This document shows, piece by piece, positions 9,801 to 24,800 of a stretch of DNA of 64,000 nucleotides. Position numbers and translations under genes: made by a program. Source of the stretch: Euglena gracilis (Eukaryota); NCBI GenBank assembly GCA_039621445.1, contig CP154954.1, positions 35,325,703-35,389,702 on the forward strand. Direction: 5' to 3'. The notes under the pieces were generated by a model that was not told where the DNA came from, did not search any database, and worked only from the letters and a program-made list of their open reading frames with translations. Each line of letters begins with the position of its first letter. Within the stretch, counting starts at the first letter, position 1.

Positions 9801-12800
9801 GAATGGTCGAATGCACCCATCTAAATGTGCTCATTTCTTGCAACCAACCTTCCGGCTGCATGTTTTTCTTACCATTAAACCACGACAATCATGAAACCAA
9901 CGGGTCCCCTGACTTTGGAGGCCTCCTGGAACACCCATTCGGTTACTCGGAGTAAGGCCCAATTTGGTCCATTTTTACATGGTAACCTGGGCTGACCTGG
10001 TAAATGTCCCCCGGAATGGTCGAATGCACCCATCTAAATGTGCTCATTTCTTGCAACCAACCTTTCGGATGCATGTTTTTCTTACCATTAAACCACGACA
10101 ATCATGAAACCAACGAGTCCCCTGACCTTGGAGGCCTCCTGGAACACCCATTCGGTACCTCGGAGTAGCCCAATTTGCTCCATTTTTACATGGTAACCTG
10201 GGCAGACCTGGTAAATGTCCCCCGGAATGGTCGAATGCACCCATCTAAATGTGCTCATTTCTTGCAACCAACCTTCCGGCTGCATGTTTTCTTACCATTA
10301 AACCACGACAATCATGAAACCAACGGGTCCCCTGACTTTGGAGGCCTCCTGGAACACCCATTCGGTTACTCGGAGTAAGGCCCAATTTGGTCCATTTTTA
10401 CATGGTAACCTGGGCTGACCTGGTAAATGTCCCCCGGAATGGTCGAATGCACCCATCTAAATGTGCTCATTTCTTGCAACCACCATTCGGCTGCATGTTA
10501 TTCTTACCATTAAACCACGACAATCATGAAACCAACGGGTCCCCTGACTTTGGAGGCCTCCTGGAACACCCATTCGGTTACTCGGAGTAAGGCCCAATTT
10601 GGTCCATTTTTACATGGTAACCTGGGCTGACCTGGTAAATGTCCCCCGGAATGGTCGAATGCACCCATCTAAATGTGCTCATTTCTTGCAACCAACCTTC
10701 CGGCTGCATGTTTTTCTTACCATTAACCAAGAATCATGAAACCAACGGGTCCCCTGACTTTGGAGGCCTCCTGGAACACCCATTCGGTAACTCGGAGTAA
10801 GGCCCAATTTGGTCCATTTTTACATGGTAACCTGGGCTGACCTGGTAAATGTCCCCCGGAATGGTCGAATGCACCCATCTAAATGTGCTCATTTCTTGCA
10901 ACCAACCTTTCGGCTGCATGTTTTTCTTACCATTAAACCACGACAATCATGAAACCAACGGGTCCCCTGACTTTGGAGGCCTCCTGGAACACCCATTCGA
11001 CACCCGGAGGCCCAATTTGGTCCATTTTTACATGGTAACCTGGGCTGACCTGGTAAATGTCCCCCGGAATGGTCGAATGCACCCATCTAAATGTGCTCAT
11101 TTCTTGCAACCAACCTTCCGGCTGCATGTTATTCTTACCATTAAACCACGACAATCATGAAACCAACGGGTCCCCTGACTTTGGAGGCCTCCTGGAACAC
11201 CCATTCGGTTACTCGGAGTAAGGCCCAATTTGGTCCATTTTTACATGGTAACCTGGGCTGACCTGGTAAATGTCCCCCGGAATGGTCGAATGCACCCATC
11301 TAAATGTGCTCATTTCTTGCAACCAACCTTTCGGCTGCATGTTTTTCTTACCATTAAACCACGACAATCATGAAACCAACGGGTCCCCTGACTTTGGAGG
11401 CCTCCTGGAACACCCATTCGGTTACTCGGAGTAAGGCCCAATTTGGTCCATTTTTACATGGTAACCTGGGCTGACCTGGTAAATGTCCCCCGGAATGGTC
11501 GAATGCACCCATCTAAATGTGCTCATTTCTTGCAACCAACCTTCCGGCTGCATGTTTTCTTACCATTAAACCACGACAATCATGAAACCAACGGGTCCCC
11601 TGACTTTGGAGGCCTCCTGGAACACCCATTCGGTTACTCGGAGTAAGGCCCAATTTGGTCCATTTTTACATGGTAACCTGGGCTGACCTGGTAAATGTCC
11701 CCCGGAATGGTCGAATGCACCCATCTAAATGTGCTCATTTCTTGCAACCAACCTTCCGGCTGCATGTTTTTCTTACCATTAAACCACGACAATCATGAAA
11801 CCAACGGGTCCCCTGACTTTGGAGGCCTCCTGGAACACCCATTCGGTTACTCGGAGTAAGGCCCAATTTGGTCCATTTTTTACATGGTAACCTGGGCTGA
11901 CCTGGTAAATGTCCCCCGGAATGGTCGAATGCACCCATCTAAATGTGCTCATTTCTTGCAACCAACCTTCCGGCTGCATGTTTTTCTTACCATTAAACCA
12001 CGACAATCATGAAACCAACGGGTCCCCTGACTTTGGAGGCCTCCTGGAACACCCATTCGGTTACTCGGAGTAAGGCCCAATTTGGTCCATTTTTACATGG
12101 TAACCTGGGCTGACCTGGTAAATGTCCCCCGGAATGGTCGAATGCACCCATCTAAATGTGCTCATTTCTTGCAACCAACCTTCCGGCTGCATGTTTTTCT
12201 TACCATTAAACCACGACAATCATGAAACCAACGGGTCCCCTGACTTTGGAGGCCTCCTGGAACACCCATTCGGTTACTCGGAGTAAGGCCCAATTTGGTC
12301 CATTTTTACATGGTAACCTGGGGTGACCTGGTAAATGTCCCCCGTAATGGTCGAATGCACCCATCTAAATTTGCTCATTTCTTGCAACCAACCTTCCGGC
12401 TGCATGTTTTTCTTACCATTAAACCACGACAATCATGAAACCAACGGGTCCCCTGACTTTGGAGGCCTCCTGGAACACCCATTCGGTTACTCGGAGTAAG
12501 GCCCAATTTGGTCCATTTTTACATGGTAACCTGGGCTGACCTGGTAAATGTCCCCCGGAATGGTCGAATGCACCCATCTAAATCTGCTCATTTCTTGCAA
12601 CCAACCTTCCGGCTGCATGTTTTTCTTACCATTAAACCACGACAATCATGAAACCAACGGGTCCCCTGACTTTGGAGGCCTCCTGGAACACCCATTCGGT
12701 TACTCGGAGTAAGGCCCAATTTGGTCCATTTTTACATGGTAACCTGGGCTGACCTGGTAAATGTCCCCGGAATGGTCGAATGCACCCATCTAAATCTGCT

Positions 12801-15800
12801 CATTTCTTGCAACCAACCTTCCGGCTGCATGTTTTTCTTACATTAAACCACGACAATCATGAAACCAACGGGTCCCCTGACTTTGGAGGCCTCCTGGAAC
12901 ACCCATTCGGTTACTCGGAGTAAGGCCCAATTTGGTCCATTTTTACATGGTAACCTGGGCTGACCTGGTAAATGTCCCCCGGAATGGTCGAATGCACCCA
13001 TCTAAATGTGCTCATTTCTTGCAACCAACCTTCCGGCTGCATGTTTTTCTTACCATTAAACCACAACAATCATGAAACCAACGGGTCCCCTGACTTTGGA
13101 GGCCTCCTGGAACACCCATTCGGTTACTCGGAGTAAGGCCCAATTTGGTCCATTTTACATGGTAACCTGGGCTGACCTGGTAAATGTCCCCCGGAATGGT
13201 CGAATGCACCCATCTAAATCTGCTCATTTCTTGCAACCAACCTTCCGGCTGCATGTTTTTCTTACCATTAAACCACGACAATCATGAAACCAACGGGTCC
13301 CCTGACTTTGGAGGCCTCCTGGAACACCCATTCGGTTACTCGGAGTAAGGCCCAATTTGGTCCATTTTTACATGGTAACCTGGGCTGACCTGGTAAATGT
13401 CCCCCGGAATGGTCGAATGCACCCATCTAAATCTGCTCATTTCTTGCAACCAACCTTCCGGCTGCATGTTTTTCTTACCATTAAACCACAACAATCATGA
13501 AACCAACGGGTCCCCTGACTTTGGGGTCCATTTTTACATGGTAACCTGGGCTGACCTGGTAAATGTCCCCCGGAATGGTCGAATGCACCCATCTAAATGT
13601 GCTCATTTCTTGCAACCAACCTTCCGGCTGCATGTTTTTCTTACCATTAAACCACGACAATCATGAAACCAACGGGTCCCCTGACTTTGGAGGCCTCCTG
13701 GAACACCCATTCGGTTACTCGGAGTAAGGCCCAATTTGGTCCATTTTTACATGGTAACCTGGGCTGACCTGGTAAATGTCCCCGGAATGGTCGAATGCAC
13801 CCATCTAAATCTGCTCATTTCTTGCAACCAACCTTTCGGCTGCATGTTTTTCTTACCATTAAACCACGACAATCATGAAACCAACGGGTCCCCTGACTTT
13901 GGAGGCCTCCTGGAACACCCATTCGGTAACTCGGAGTAAGGCCCAATTTGGTCCATTTTTACATGGTAACCTGGGATGACCTGGTAAATGTCCCCCGGAA
14001 TGGTCGAATGCACCCATCTAAATCTGCTCATTTCTTGCAACCAACCTTTCGGCTGCATGTTTTTTTTACCATTAAACCACGACAATCATGAAACCAACGG
14101 GTCCCCTGACTTTGGAGGCCTCCTGGAACTCCCATTCGGTTACTCGGAGTAAGGCCCAATTTGGTCCATTTTTACATGGTAACCTGGGCTGACCTGGTAA
14201 ATGTCCCCCGGAATGGTCGAATGCACCCGTCTAAATGTGCTCATTTCTTGCAACCAACCTTCCGGCTGCATGTTTTTCTTACCATTAAACCACGACAATC
14301 ATGAAACCAACGGGTCCCCCCTCCTGGAACACCCATTCGGTTACTCGGAGTAAGGCCCAATTTGGTCCATTTTTACATGGTAACCTGGGCTGACCTGGTA
14401 AATGTCCCCCGGAATGGTCGAATGCACCCATCTAAATCTGCTCATTTCTTGCAACCAACCTTCCGGCTGCATGTTTTTCTTACCATTAAACCACGACAAT
14501 CATGAAACCAATGGGTCCCCTGACTTTGAAGGCCTCCTGGAACACCCATTCGGTAACTCGGAGTACGGCCCAATTTGGTCCATTTTTACACGGTAACCTG
14601 GGCTGACCTGGTAAATGTCCCCCGGAATGGTCGAATGCACCCATCTAAATCTGCTCATTACTTGCAACCAACCTTCCGGCTGCATGTTTTTCTTACCATT
14701 AAACCACGACAATCATGAAACCAACGGGTCCCCTGACTTTGGAGGCCTCCTGGAACACCCATTCGGTTACTCGTAGTAAGGCCCAATTTGGTCCATTTTT
14801 ACATGGTAACCTGGGCTGACCTGGTAAATGTCCCCCGGAATGGTCGAATGCACCCATCTAAATGTGCTCATTTCTTGCAACCAACCTTCTGGCTGCATGT
14901 TTTTCTTACCATTAAACCACGACAATCATGAAACCAACGGGTCCCCTGACTTTGGAGGCCTCCTGGAACACCCATTGGGTTACTCGGAGTAAGGCCCAAC
15001 TTGGTCCATTTTTACATGGTAACCTGGGTTGACCTGGTAAATGTCCCCCGGAAAGGTCGAATGCACCCATCTAAATCTGCTCATTTCTTGCAACCAACCT
15101 TTCGGCTGCATGTTTTTCTTACCATTAAACCACGACAATCATGAAACCAACGGGTCCCCTGACTTTGGAGGCCTCCTGGAACACCCATTCGGTTACTCGG
15201 AGTAAGGCCCAATTTGGTCCATTTTTACATGGTAACCTGGGCTGACCTGGTAAATGTCCCCCGGAATGGTCGAATGCACCCATCTAAATGTGCTCATTTC
15301 TTGCAACCAACCTTCTGGCTGCATGTTTTTCTTACCATTAAACCACAACAATCATGAAACCAACGGGTCCCCTGACTTTGGAGGCCTCCTGGAACACCCA
15401 TTCGGTTACTCGGAGTAAGGCCCAATTTGGTCCATTTTTACATGGTAACCTGGGCTGACCTGGTAAATGTCCCCCGGAATGGTCGAATGCACCCATCTAA
15501 ATCTGCTCATTTCTTGCAACCAACCTTTCGGCTGCATGTTTTTCTTAACATTAAACCACGACAATCATGAAACCAACGGGTCCCCTGACTTTGGAGGCCT
15601 CCTGGAACACCCATTCGGTTACTCGGAGTAAGGCCCAATTTGGTCCATTTTTACATGGTAACCTGGGCTGACCTGGTAAATGTCCCCGGAATGGTCGAAT
15701 GCACCCATCTAAATCTGCTCATTTCTTGCAACCAACATTCCCGCTGCATGTTTTTTCTTACCATTAAACCACGACAATCATGAAACCAACGGGTCCCCTG

Positions 15801-18800
15801 ACTTTGGAGGCCTCCTGGAACACCCATTCGGTAACTCGGAGTATGGCCCAATTTGGTCCATTTTTACATGGTAACCTGGGCTGACCTGGTAAATGTCCCC
15901 CGGAATGGTCGAATGCACCCATCTAAATGTGCTCATTTCTTGCAACCAACCTTCCGGCTGCATGTTTTTCTTACCATTAAACCACGACAATCATGAAACC
16001 AACGGGTCCCCTGACTTTGGAGGCCTCCTGGAACACCCATTCGGTTACTCGGAGTAAGGCCCAATTTGGTCCATTTTTACATGGTAACCTGGGCTGACCT
16101 GGTAAATGTCCCCCGGAATGGTCGAATGCACCCATCTAAATGTGCTCATTTCTTGCAACCAACCTTCCGGCTGCATGTTTTTCTTACCATTAAACCACGA
16201 CAATCATGAAACCAACGGGTCCCCTGACTTTGGAGGCCTCCTGGAACACCCATTCGGTTACTCGGAGTAAGGCCCAATTTGGTCCATTTTTACATGGTAA
16301 CCTGGGCTGACCTGGTAAATGTCCCCCGGAATGGTCGAATGCACCCATCTAAATCTGCTCATTTCTTGCAACCAACCTTTCGGCTGCATGTTTTTCTTAC
16401 CATTAAACCACGACAATCATGAAACCAACGGGTCCCCTGACTTTGGAGGCCTCCTGGAACACCCATTCGGTAATTCGGAGTACGGCCCAATTTGGTCCAT
16501 TTTTACATGGTAACCTGGGCTGACCTGGTAAATGTCCCCCGGAATGGTCGAATGCACCCATCTAAATCTGCTCATTTCTTGCAACCAACCTTCCGGCTGC
16601 ATGTTTTTCTTACCATTAAACCACGACAATCATGAAACCAACGGGTCCCCTGACTTTGGAGGCCTCCTGGAACACCCATTCGGTTACTCGGAGTAAGGCC
16701 CAATTTGGTCCATTTTTACATGGTAACCTGGGCTGACCTGGTAAATGTCCCCCGGAATGGTCGAATGCACCCATCTAAATGTGCTTATTTCTTGCAACCA
16801 ACCTTCCGGCTGCATGTTTTTCTTACCATTAAACCACGACAATCATGAAACCAACGGGTCCCCTGACTTTGGAGGCCTCCTGGAACACCCATTCGGTAAC
16901 TCGGAGTAAGGCCCAATTTGGTCCATTTTTACATGGTAACCTGGGCTGACCTGGTAAATGTCCCCCGGAATGGTCGAATGCACCCATCTAAATCTGCTCA
17001 TTTCTTGCAACCAACCTTTCGGCTGCATGTTATTCTTACCATTAAACCACGACAATCATGAAACCAACAGGTCCCCTGACTTTGGAGGACTCCTGCAACA
17101 CCCATTCGGTTACTCGGAGTAAGGCCCAAATTGGTCCATTTTTACATGGTAACCCCGGAATGGTCGAATGCACCCATCTAAATCTGCTCATTTCTTGCAA
17201 CCAACCTTCCGGCTGCATGTTTTTCTTACCATTAAACCACGACAATCATGAAACCAACGGGTCCCCTGACTTTGGAGGCCTCCTGGAACACCCATTCGGT
17301 TACTCGGAGTAAGGCCCAATTTGGTCCATTTTTACATGGTAACCTGGGGTGACCTGGTAAATGTCCCCCGGAATGGTCGAATGCACCCATCTAAATGTGC
17401 TCATTTCTTGCAACCAACCTTCCGGCTGCATGTTTTTCTTACCATTAAACCACGACAATCATGAAACCAACGGGTCCCCTGACTTTGGAGGCCTCCTGGA
17501 ACACCCATTCGGTTACTCGGAGTAAGGCCCAATTTGGTCCATTTTTACATGGTAACCTGGGCTGACCTGGTAAATGTCCCCCGGAATGGTCGAATGCACC
17601 CATCTAAATGTGCTCATTTCTTGCAACCAACATTCCCGCTGCATGTTTTTCTTACCATTAAACCACGACAATCATGAAACCAACGGGTCCCCTGACTTTG
17701 GAGGCCTCCTGGAACACCCATTCGGTAACTCGGAGTACGGCCCAATTTGGTCCATTTTTACATGGTAACCTGGGCTGACCTGGTAAATGTCCCCCGGAAT
17801 GGTCGAATGCACCCATCTAAATCTGCTCATTTCTTGCAACCAACATTCCCGCTGCATGTTTTTTCTACCATTAAACCACGACAATCATGAAACCAACGGG
17901 TCCCCTGACTTTGGAGGCCTCCTGGAACACCCATTCGGTTACTCGGAGTAAGGCCCAATTTGGTCCATTTTTACATGGTAACCTGGGGTGACCTGGTAAA
18001 TGTCCCCCGGAATGGTCGAATGCACCCATCTAAATCTGCTCATTTCTTGCAACCAACCTTCCGGCTGCATGTTTTTCTTACCATTAAACCACGACAATCA
18101 TGAAACCAACGGGTCCCCTGACTTTGGAGGCCTCCTGGAACACCCATTCGGTTACTCGGAGTAAGGCCCAATTTGGTCCATTTTTACATGGTAACCTGGG
18201 CTGACCTGGTAAATGTCCCCCGGAATGGTCGAATGCACCCATCTAAATCTGCTCATTTCTTGCAACCAACCTTCCGGCTGCATGTTTTTCTTACCATTAA
18301 ACCACGACAATCATGAAACCAACGGGTCCCCTGACTTTGGAGGCCTCCTGGAACACCCATTCGGTAACTCGGAGTAAGGCCCAATTTGGTCCATTTTTAC
18401 ATGGTAACCTGGGCTGACCTGGTAAATGTCCCCCGGAATGGTCGAATGCACCCATCTAAATCTGCTCATTTCTTGCAACCAACATTCCCGCTGCATGTTT
18501 TTTCTTACCATTAAACCACGACAATCATGAAACCAACGGGTCCCCTGACTTTGGAGGCCTCCTGGAACACCCATTCGGTTACTCGGAGTAAGGCCCAATT
18601 TGGTCCATTTTTACATGGTAACCTGGGCTGACCTGGTAAATGTCCCCCGGAATGGTCGAATGCACCCATCTAAATCTGCTCATTTCTTGCAACCAACCTT
18701 CCGGCTGCATGTTTTTCTTACCATTAAACCACGACAATCATGAAACCAACGGGTCCCCTGACTTTGGAGGCCTCCTGGAACACCCATTCGGTAACTCGGA

Positions 18801-21800
18801 GTACGACCCAATTTGGTCCATTTTTACATGGTAACCTGGGGTGACCTGGTAAATGTCCCCCGGAATGGTCGAATGCACCCATCTAAATCTGCTCATTTCT
18901 TGCAACCAACCTTCCGGCTGCATGTTTTTCTTACCATTAAACCACGACAATCATGAAACCAACGGGTCCCCTGACTTTGGAGGCCTCCTGGAACACCCAT
19001 TCGGTTACTCGGAGTAAGGCCCAATTTGGTCCATTTTTACATGGTAACCTGGGGTGACCTGGTAAATGTCCCACGGAATGGTCGAATGCACCCATCTAAA
19101 TCTGCTCATTTCTTGCAACCAACCTTTCGGCTGCATGTTTTTCTTACCATTAAACCACGACAATCATGAAACCAACGGGTCCCCTGACTTTGGAGGCCTC
19201 CTGGAACACCCATTCGGTTACTCGGAGTACGGCCCAATTTGGTCCATTTTTCCATGGTAACCCGGGCTGACCTGGTAAATGTCCCCGGAATGGTCGAATG
19301 CACCCATCTAAATCTGCTCATTTCTTCCAACCAACCTTCCGGCTGCATGTTTTTCTTACCATTAAACCACGACAATCATGAAACCAACGGGTCCCCTGAC
19401 TTTGGAGGCCTCCTGGAACACCCATTCGGTAACTCGGAGTACGGCCCAATTTGGTCCATTTTTACATGGTAACCTGGGCTGACCTGGTAAATGTCCCCCG
19501 GAATGGTCGAATGCACCCATCTAAATGTGCTCATTTCTTGCAACCAATATTCCCGCGGCATGTTTTTCTTACCATTAAAACACGACAATCATGAAACCAA
19601 CGGGTCCCCTGACTTTGGAGGCCTCCTGGAACACCCATTCGGTTACTCGGAGTAAGGCCCAATTTGGTCCATTTTTACATGGTAACCTGGGCTGACCTGG
19701 TAAATGTCCCCCGGAATGGTCGAATGCACCCATCTAAATGTGCTCATTTCTTGCAACCAACATTCCCGCGGCATGTTTTTCTTACCATTAAACCACGACA
19801 ATCATGAAACCAACGGGTCCCCTGACTTTGGAGGCCTCCTGGAACACCCATTCGGTTACTCGGAGTAAGGCCCAATTTGGTCCATTTTTACATGGTAACC
19901 TGGGCTGACCTGGTAAATGTCCCCCGGAATGGTCGAATGCACCCATCTAAATGTGCTCATTTCTTGCAACCAACATTCCCGCGGCATGTTTTTCTTACCA
20001 TTAAACCACGACAATCATGAAACCAACGGGTCCCCTGACTTTGGAGGCCTCCTGGAACACCCATTCGGTTACTCGGAGTAAGGCCCAATTTGGTCCATTT
20101 TTACATGGTAACCTGGGCTGACCTGGTAAATGTCCCCCGGAATGGTCGAATGCACCCATCTAAATCTGCTCATTTCCTGCAACCAACCTTCCGGATGCAT
20201 GTTTTTCTTACCATTAAACCACGACAATCATGAAACCAACGGGTCCCCTGACTTTGGAGGCCTCCTGGAACACCCATTCGGTAACTCGGAGTACGGCCCA
20301 ATTTGGTCCATTTTTACATGGTAACCTGGGCTGACCTGGTAAATGTCCCCGGAAAGGTCGAATGCACCCATCTAAATGTGCTCATTTCTTGCAACCAACA
20401 TTCCCGCGGCATGTTTTTCTTACCATTAAACCACGACAATCATGAAACCAACGGGTCCCCTGACTTTGGAGGCCTCCTGGAACACCCATTCGGTTACTCG
20501 GAGTAAGGCCCAATTTGGTCCATTTTTACATGGTAACCTGGGGTGACCTGGTAAATGTCCCACGGAAAGGTCGAATGCACCCATCTAAATGTGCTCATTT
20601 CTTGCAACCAACCTTCCGGCTGCATGTTTTTCTTACCATTAAACCACGACAATCATGAAACCAACGGGCCCCCTGACTTTGGAGGCCTCCTGGAACACCC
20701 ATTCGGTAACTCGGAGTACGGCCCAATTTGGTCCATTTTTACATGGTAACCTGGGCTGACCTGGTAAATGTCCCCCGCAATGGTCGAATGCACCCATCGG
20801 CTCATTTCTTGCAACCAACCTTTCGGCTGCATGTTTTTCTTACCATTAAACCACGACAATCATGAAACCAACGGGTCCCCTGACTTTGGAGGCCTCCTGG
20901 AACACCCATTCGGTTACTCGGAGTAAGGCCCAATTTGGTCCATTTTTACATGGTAACCTGGGCTGACCTGGTAAATGTCCCCCGGAATGGTCGAATGCAC
21001 CCATCTAAATCTGCTCATTTCTTGCAACCAACCTTTCGGCTGCATGTTTTTCTTACCATTAAACCACGACAATCATGAAACCAACGGGTCCCCTGACTTT
21101 GGAGGCCTCCTGGAACACCCATTCGGTTACTCGGAGTACGGCCCAATTTGGTCCATTTTTACATGGTAACCTGGGCTGACCTGGTAAATGTCCCCCGGAA
21201 TGGTCGAATGCACCCATCTAAATGTGCTCATTTCTTGCAACCAACATTCCCGCGGCATGTTTTTCTTACCATTAAACCACGACAATCATGAAACCAACGG
21301 GTCCCCTGACTTTGGAGGCCTCCTGGAACACCCATTCGGTTACTCGGAGTAAGGCCCAATTTGGTCCATTTTTACATGGTAACCTGGGCTGACCTGGTAA
21401 ATGTCCCCCGGAATGGTCGAATGCACCCATCTAAATGTGCTCATTTCTTGCAACCAACATTCCCGCGGCATGTTTTTCTTACCATTAAACCACGACAATC
21501 ATGAAACCAACGGGTCCCCTGACTTTGGAGGCCTCCTGGAACACCCATTCGGTTACTCGGAGTAAGGCCCAATTTGGTCCATTTTTACATGGTAACCTGG
21601 GCTGACCTGGTAAATGTCCCCCGGAATGGTCGAATGCACCCATCTAAATGTGCTCATTTCTTGCAACCAACATTCCCGCGGCATGTTTTTCTTACCATTA
21701 AACCACGACAATCATGAAACCAACGGGTCCCCTGACTTTGGAGGCCTCCTGGAACACCCATTCGGTTACTCGGAGTAAGGCCCAATTTGGTCCATTTTTA

Positions 21801-24800
21801 CATGGTAACCTGGGCTGACCTGGTAAATGTCCCCCGGAATGGTCGAATGCACCCATCTAAATCTGCTCATTTCTTGCAACCAACCTTCCGGATGCATGTT
21901 TTTCTTACCATTAAACCACGACAATCATGAAACCAACGGGTCCCCTGACTTTGGAGGCCTCCTGGAACACCCATTCGGTTACTCGGAGTACGCCCAATTT
22001 GGTCCATTTTTACATGGTAACCTGGGCTGACCTGGTAAATGTCCCCGGAATGGTCGAATGCACCCATCTAAATGTGCTCATTTCTTGCAACCAACATTCC
22101 CGCTGCATGTTTTTCTTACCATTAAACCACGACAATCATGAAACCAACGGGTCCCCTGACTTTGGAGGCCTCCTGGAACACCCATTCGGTTACTCGGAGT
22201 AAGGCCCAATTTGGTCCATTTTTACATGGTAACCTGGGCTGACCTGGTAAATGTCCCCCGGAATGGTCGAATGCACCCATCTAAATGTGCTCATTTCTTG
22301 CAACCAACATTCCCGCGGCATGTTTTTCTTACCATTAAACCACGACAATCATGAAACCAACGGGTCCCCTGACTTTGGAGGCCTCCTGGAACACCCATTC
22401 GGTTACTCGGAGTAAGGCCCAATTTGGTCCATTTTTACATGGTAACCTGGGCTGACCTGGTAAATGTCCCCCGGAATGGTCGAATGCACCCATCTAAATG
22501 TGCTCATTTCTTGCAACCAACATTCCCGCGGCATGTTATTTCTTACCATTAAACCACGACAATCATGAAACCAACGGGTCCCCTGACTTTGGAGGCCTCC
22601 TGGAACACCCATTCGGTTACTCGGAGTCAGGCCCAATTTGGTCCATTTTTACATGGTAACCTGGGCTGACCTGGTAAATGTCCCCCGGAATGGTCGAATG
22701 CACCCATCTAAATCTGCTCATATCCTGCAACCAACCTTCCGGATGCATGTTTTTCTTACCATTAAACCACGACAATCATGAAACCAACGGGCCCCCTGAC
22801 TTTGGAGGCCTCCTGGAACACCCATTCGGTAACTCGGAGTACGGCCCAATTTGGTCCATTTTTACATGGTAACCTGGGCTGACCTGGTAAATGTCCCCCG
22901 GAAAGGTCGAATGCACCCATCTAAATGTGCTCATTTCTTGCAACCAACATTCCCGCGGCATGTTTTTCTTACCATTAAACCACGACAATCATGAAACCAA
23001 CGGGTCCCCTGACTTTGGAGGCCTCCTGGAACACCCATTCGGTAACTCGGAGTACGGCCCAATTTGGTCCATTTTTACATGGTAACCTGGGCTGACCTGG
23101 TAAATGTCCCCCGGAATGGTCGAATGCACCCATCGGCTCATTTCTTGCAACCAACCTTTCGGCTGCATGTTTTTCCTACCATTAAACCACGACAATCATG
23201 AAACCAACGGGTCCCCTGACTTTGGAGGCCTCCTGGAACACCCATTCGGTTACTCGGAGTAAGGCCCAATTTGGTCCATTTTTACATGGTAACCTGGGCT
23301 GACCTGGTAAATGTCCCCCGGAATGGTCGAATGCACCCATCTAAATCTGCTCATTTCTTGCAACCAACCTTTCGGCTGCATGTTTTTCTTACCATTAAAC
23401 CACGACAATCATGAAACCAACGGGTCCCCTGACTTTGGAGGCCTCCTGGAACACCCATTCGGTAACTCGGAGTACGGCCCAATTTGGTCCATTTTTACAT
23501 GGTAACCTGGGCTGACCTGGTAAATGTCCCCCGGAATGGTCGAATGCACCCATCTAAATGTGCTCATTTCTTGCAACCAACATTCCCGCGGCGGGTTTTT
23601 CTTACCATTAAACCACGACAATCATGAAACCAACGGGTCCCCTGACTTTGGAGGCCTCCTGGAACACCCATTCGGTTACTCGGAGTAAGGCCCAATTTGG
23701 TCCATTTTTACATGGTAACCTGGGCTGACCTGGTAAATGTCCCCCGGAATGGTCGAATGCACCCATCTAAATGTGCTCATTTCTTGCAACCAACATTCCC
23801 GCGGCATGTTTTTCTTACCATTAAACCACGACAATCATGAAAAGAACGGGTCCCCTGACTTTGGAGGCCTCCTGGAACACCCATTCGGTTACTCGGAGTA
23901 AGGCCCAATTTGGTCCATTTTTACATGGTAACCTGGGGTGACCTGGTAAATGTCCCCCGGAATGGTCGAATGCACCCATCTAAATGTGCTCATTTCTTGC
24001 AACCAACATTCCCGCGGCATGTTTTTCTTACCATTAAACCACGACAATCATGAAACCAACGGGTCCCCTGACTTTGGAGGCCTCCTGGAACACCCATTCG
24101 GTTACTCGGAGTAAGGCCCAATTTGGTCCATTTTTACATGGTAACCTGGGCTGACCTGGTAAATGTCCCCCGGAATGGTCGAATGCACCCATCTAAATCT
24201 GCTCATTTCCCGCAACCAACCTTCCGGATGCATGTTTTTCTTACCATTAAACCACGACAATCATGAAACCAACGGGTCCCCTGACTTTGGAGGCCTCCTG
24301 GAACACCCATTCGGTTACTCGGAGTAAGGCCCAATTTGGTCCATTTTTACATGGTAACCTGGGCTGACCTGGTAAATGTCCCCCGGAATGGTCGAATGCA
24401 CCCATCTAAATGTGCTCATTTCTTGCAACCAACATTCCCGCGGCATGTTTTTCTTACCATTAAACCACGACAATCATGAAACCAACGGGTCCCCTGACTT
24501 TGGAGGCCTCCTGGAACACCCATTCGGTTACTCGGAGTAAGGCCCAATTTGGTCCATTTTTACATGGTAACCTGGGCTGACCTGGTAAATGTCCCCCGGA
24601 ATGGTCGAATGCACCCATCTAAATGTGCTCATTTCTTGCAACCAACATTCCCGCGGCATGTTTTTCTTACCATTAAACCACCACAATCATGAAACCAACG
24701 GGTCCCCTGACTTTGGAGGCCTCCTGGAACACCCATTCGGTTACTCGGAGTAAGGCCCAATTTGGTCCATTTTTACATGGTAACCTGGGCTGACCTGGTA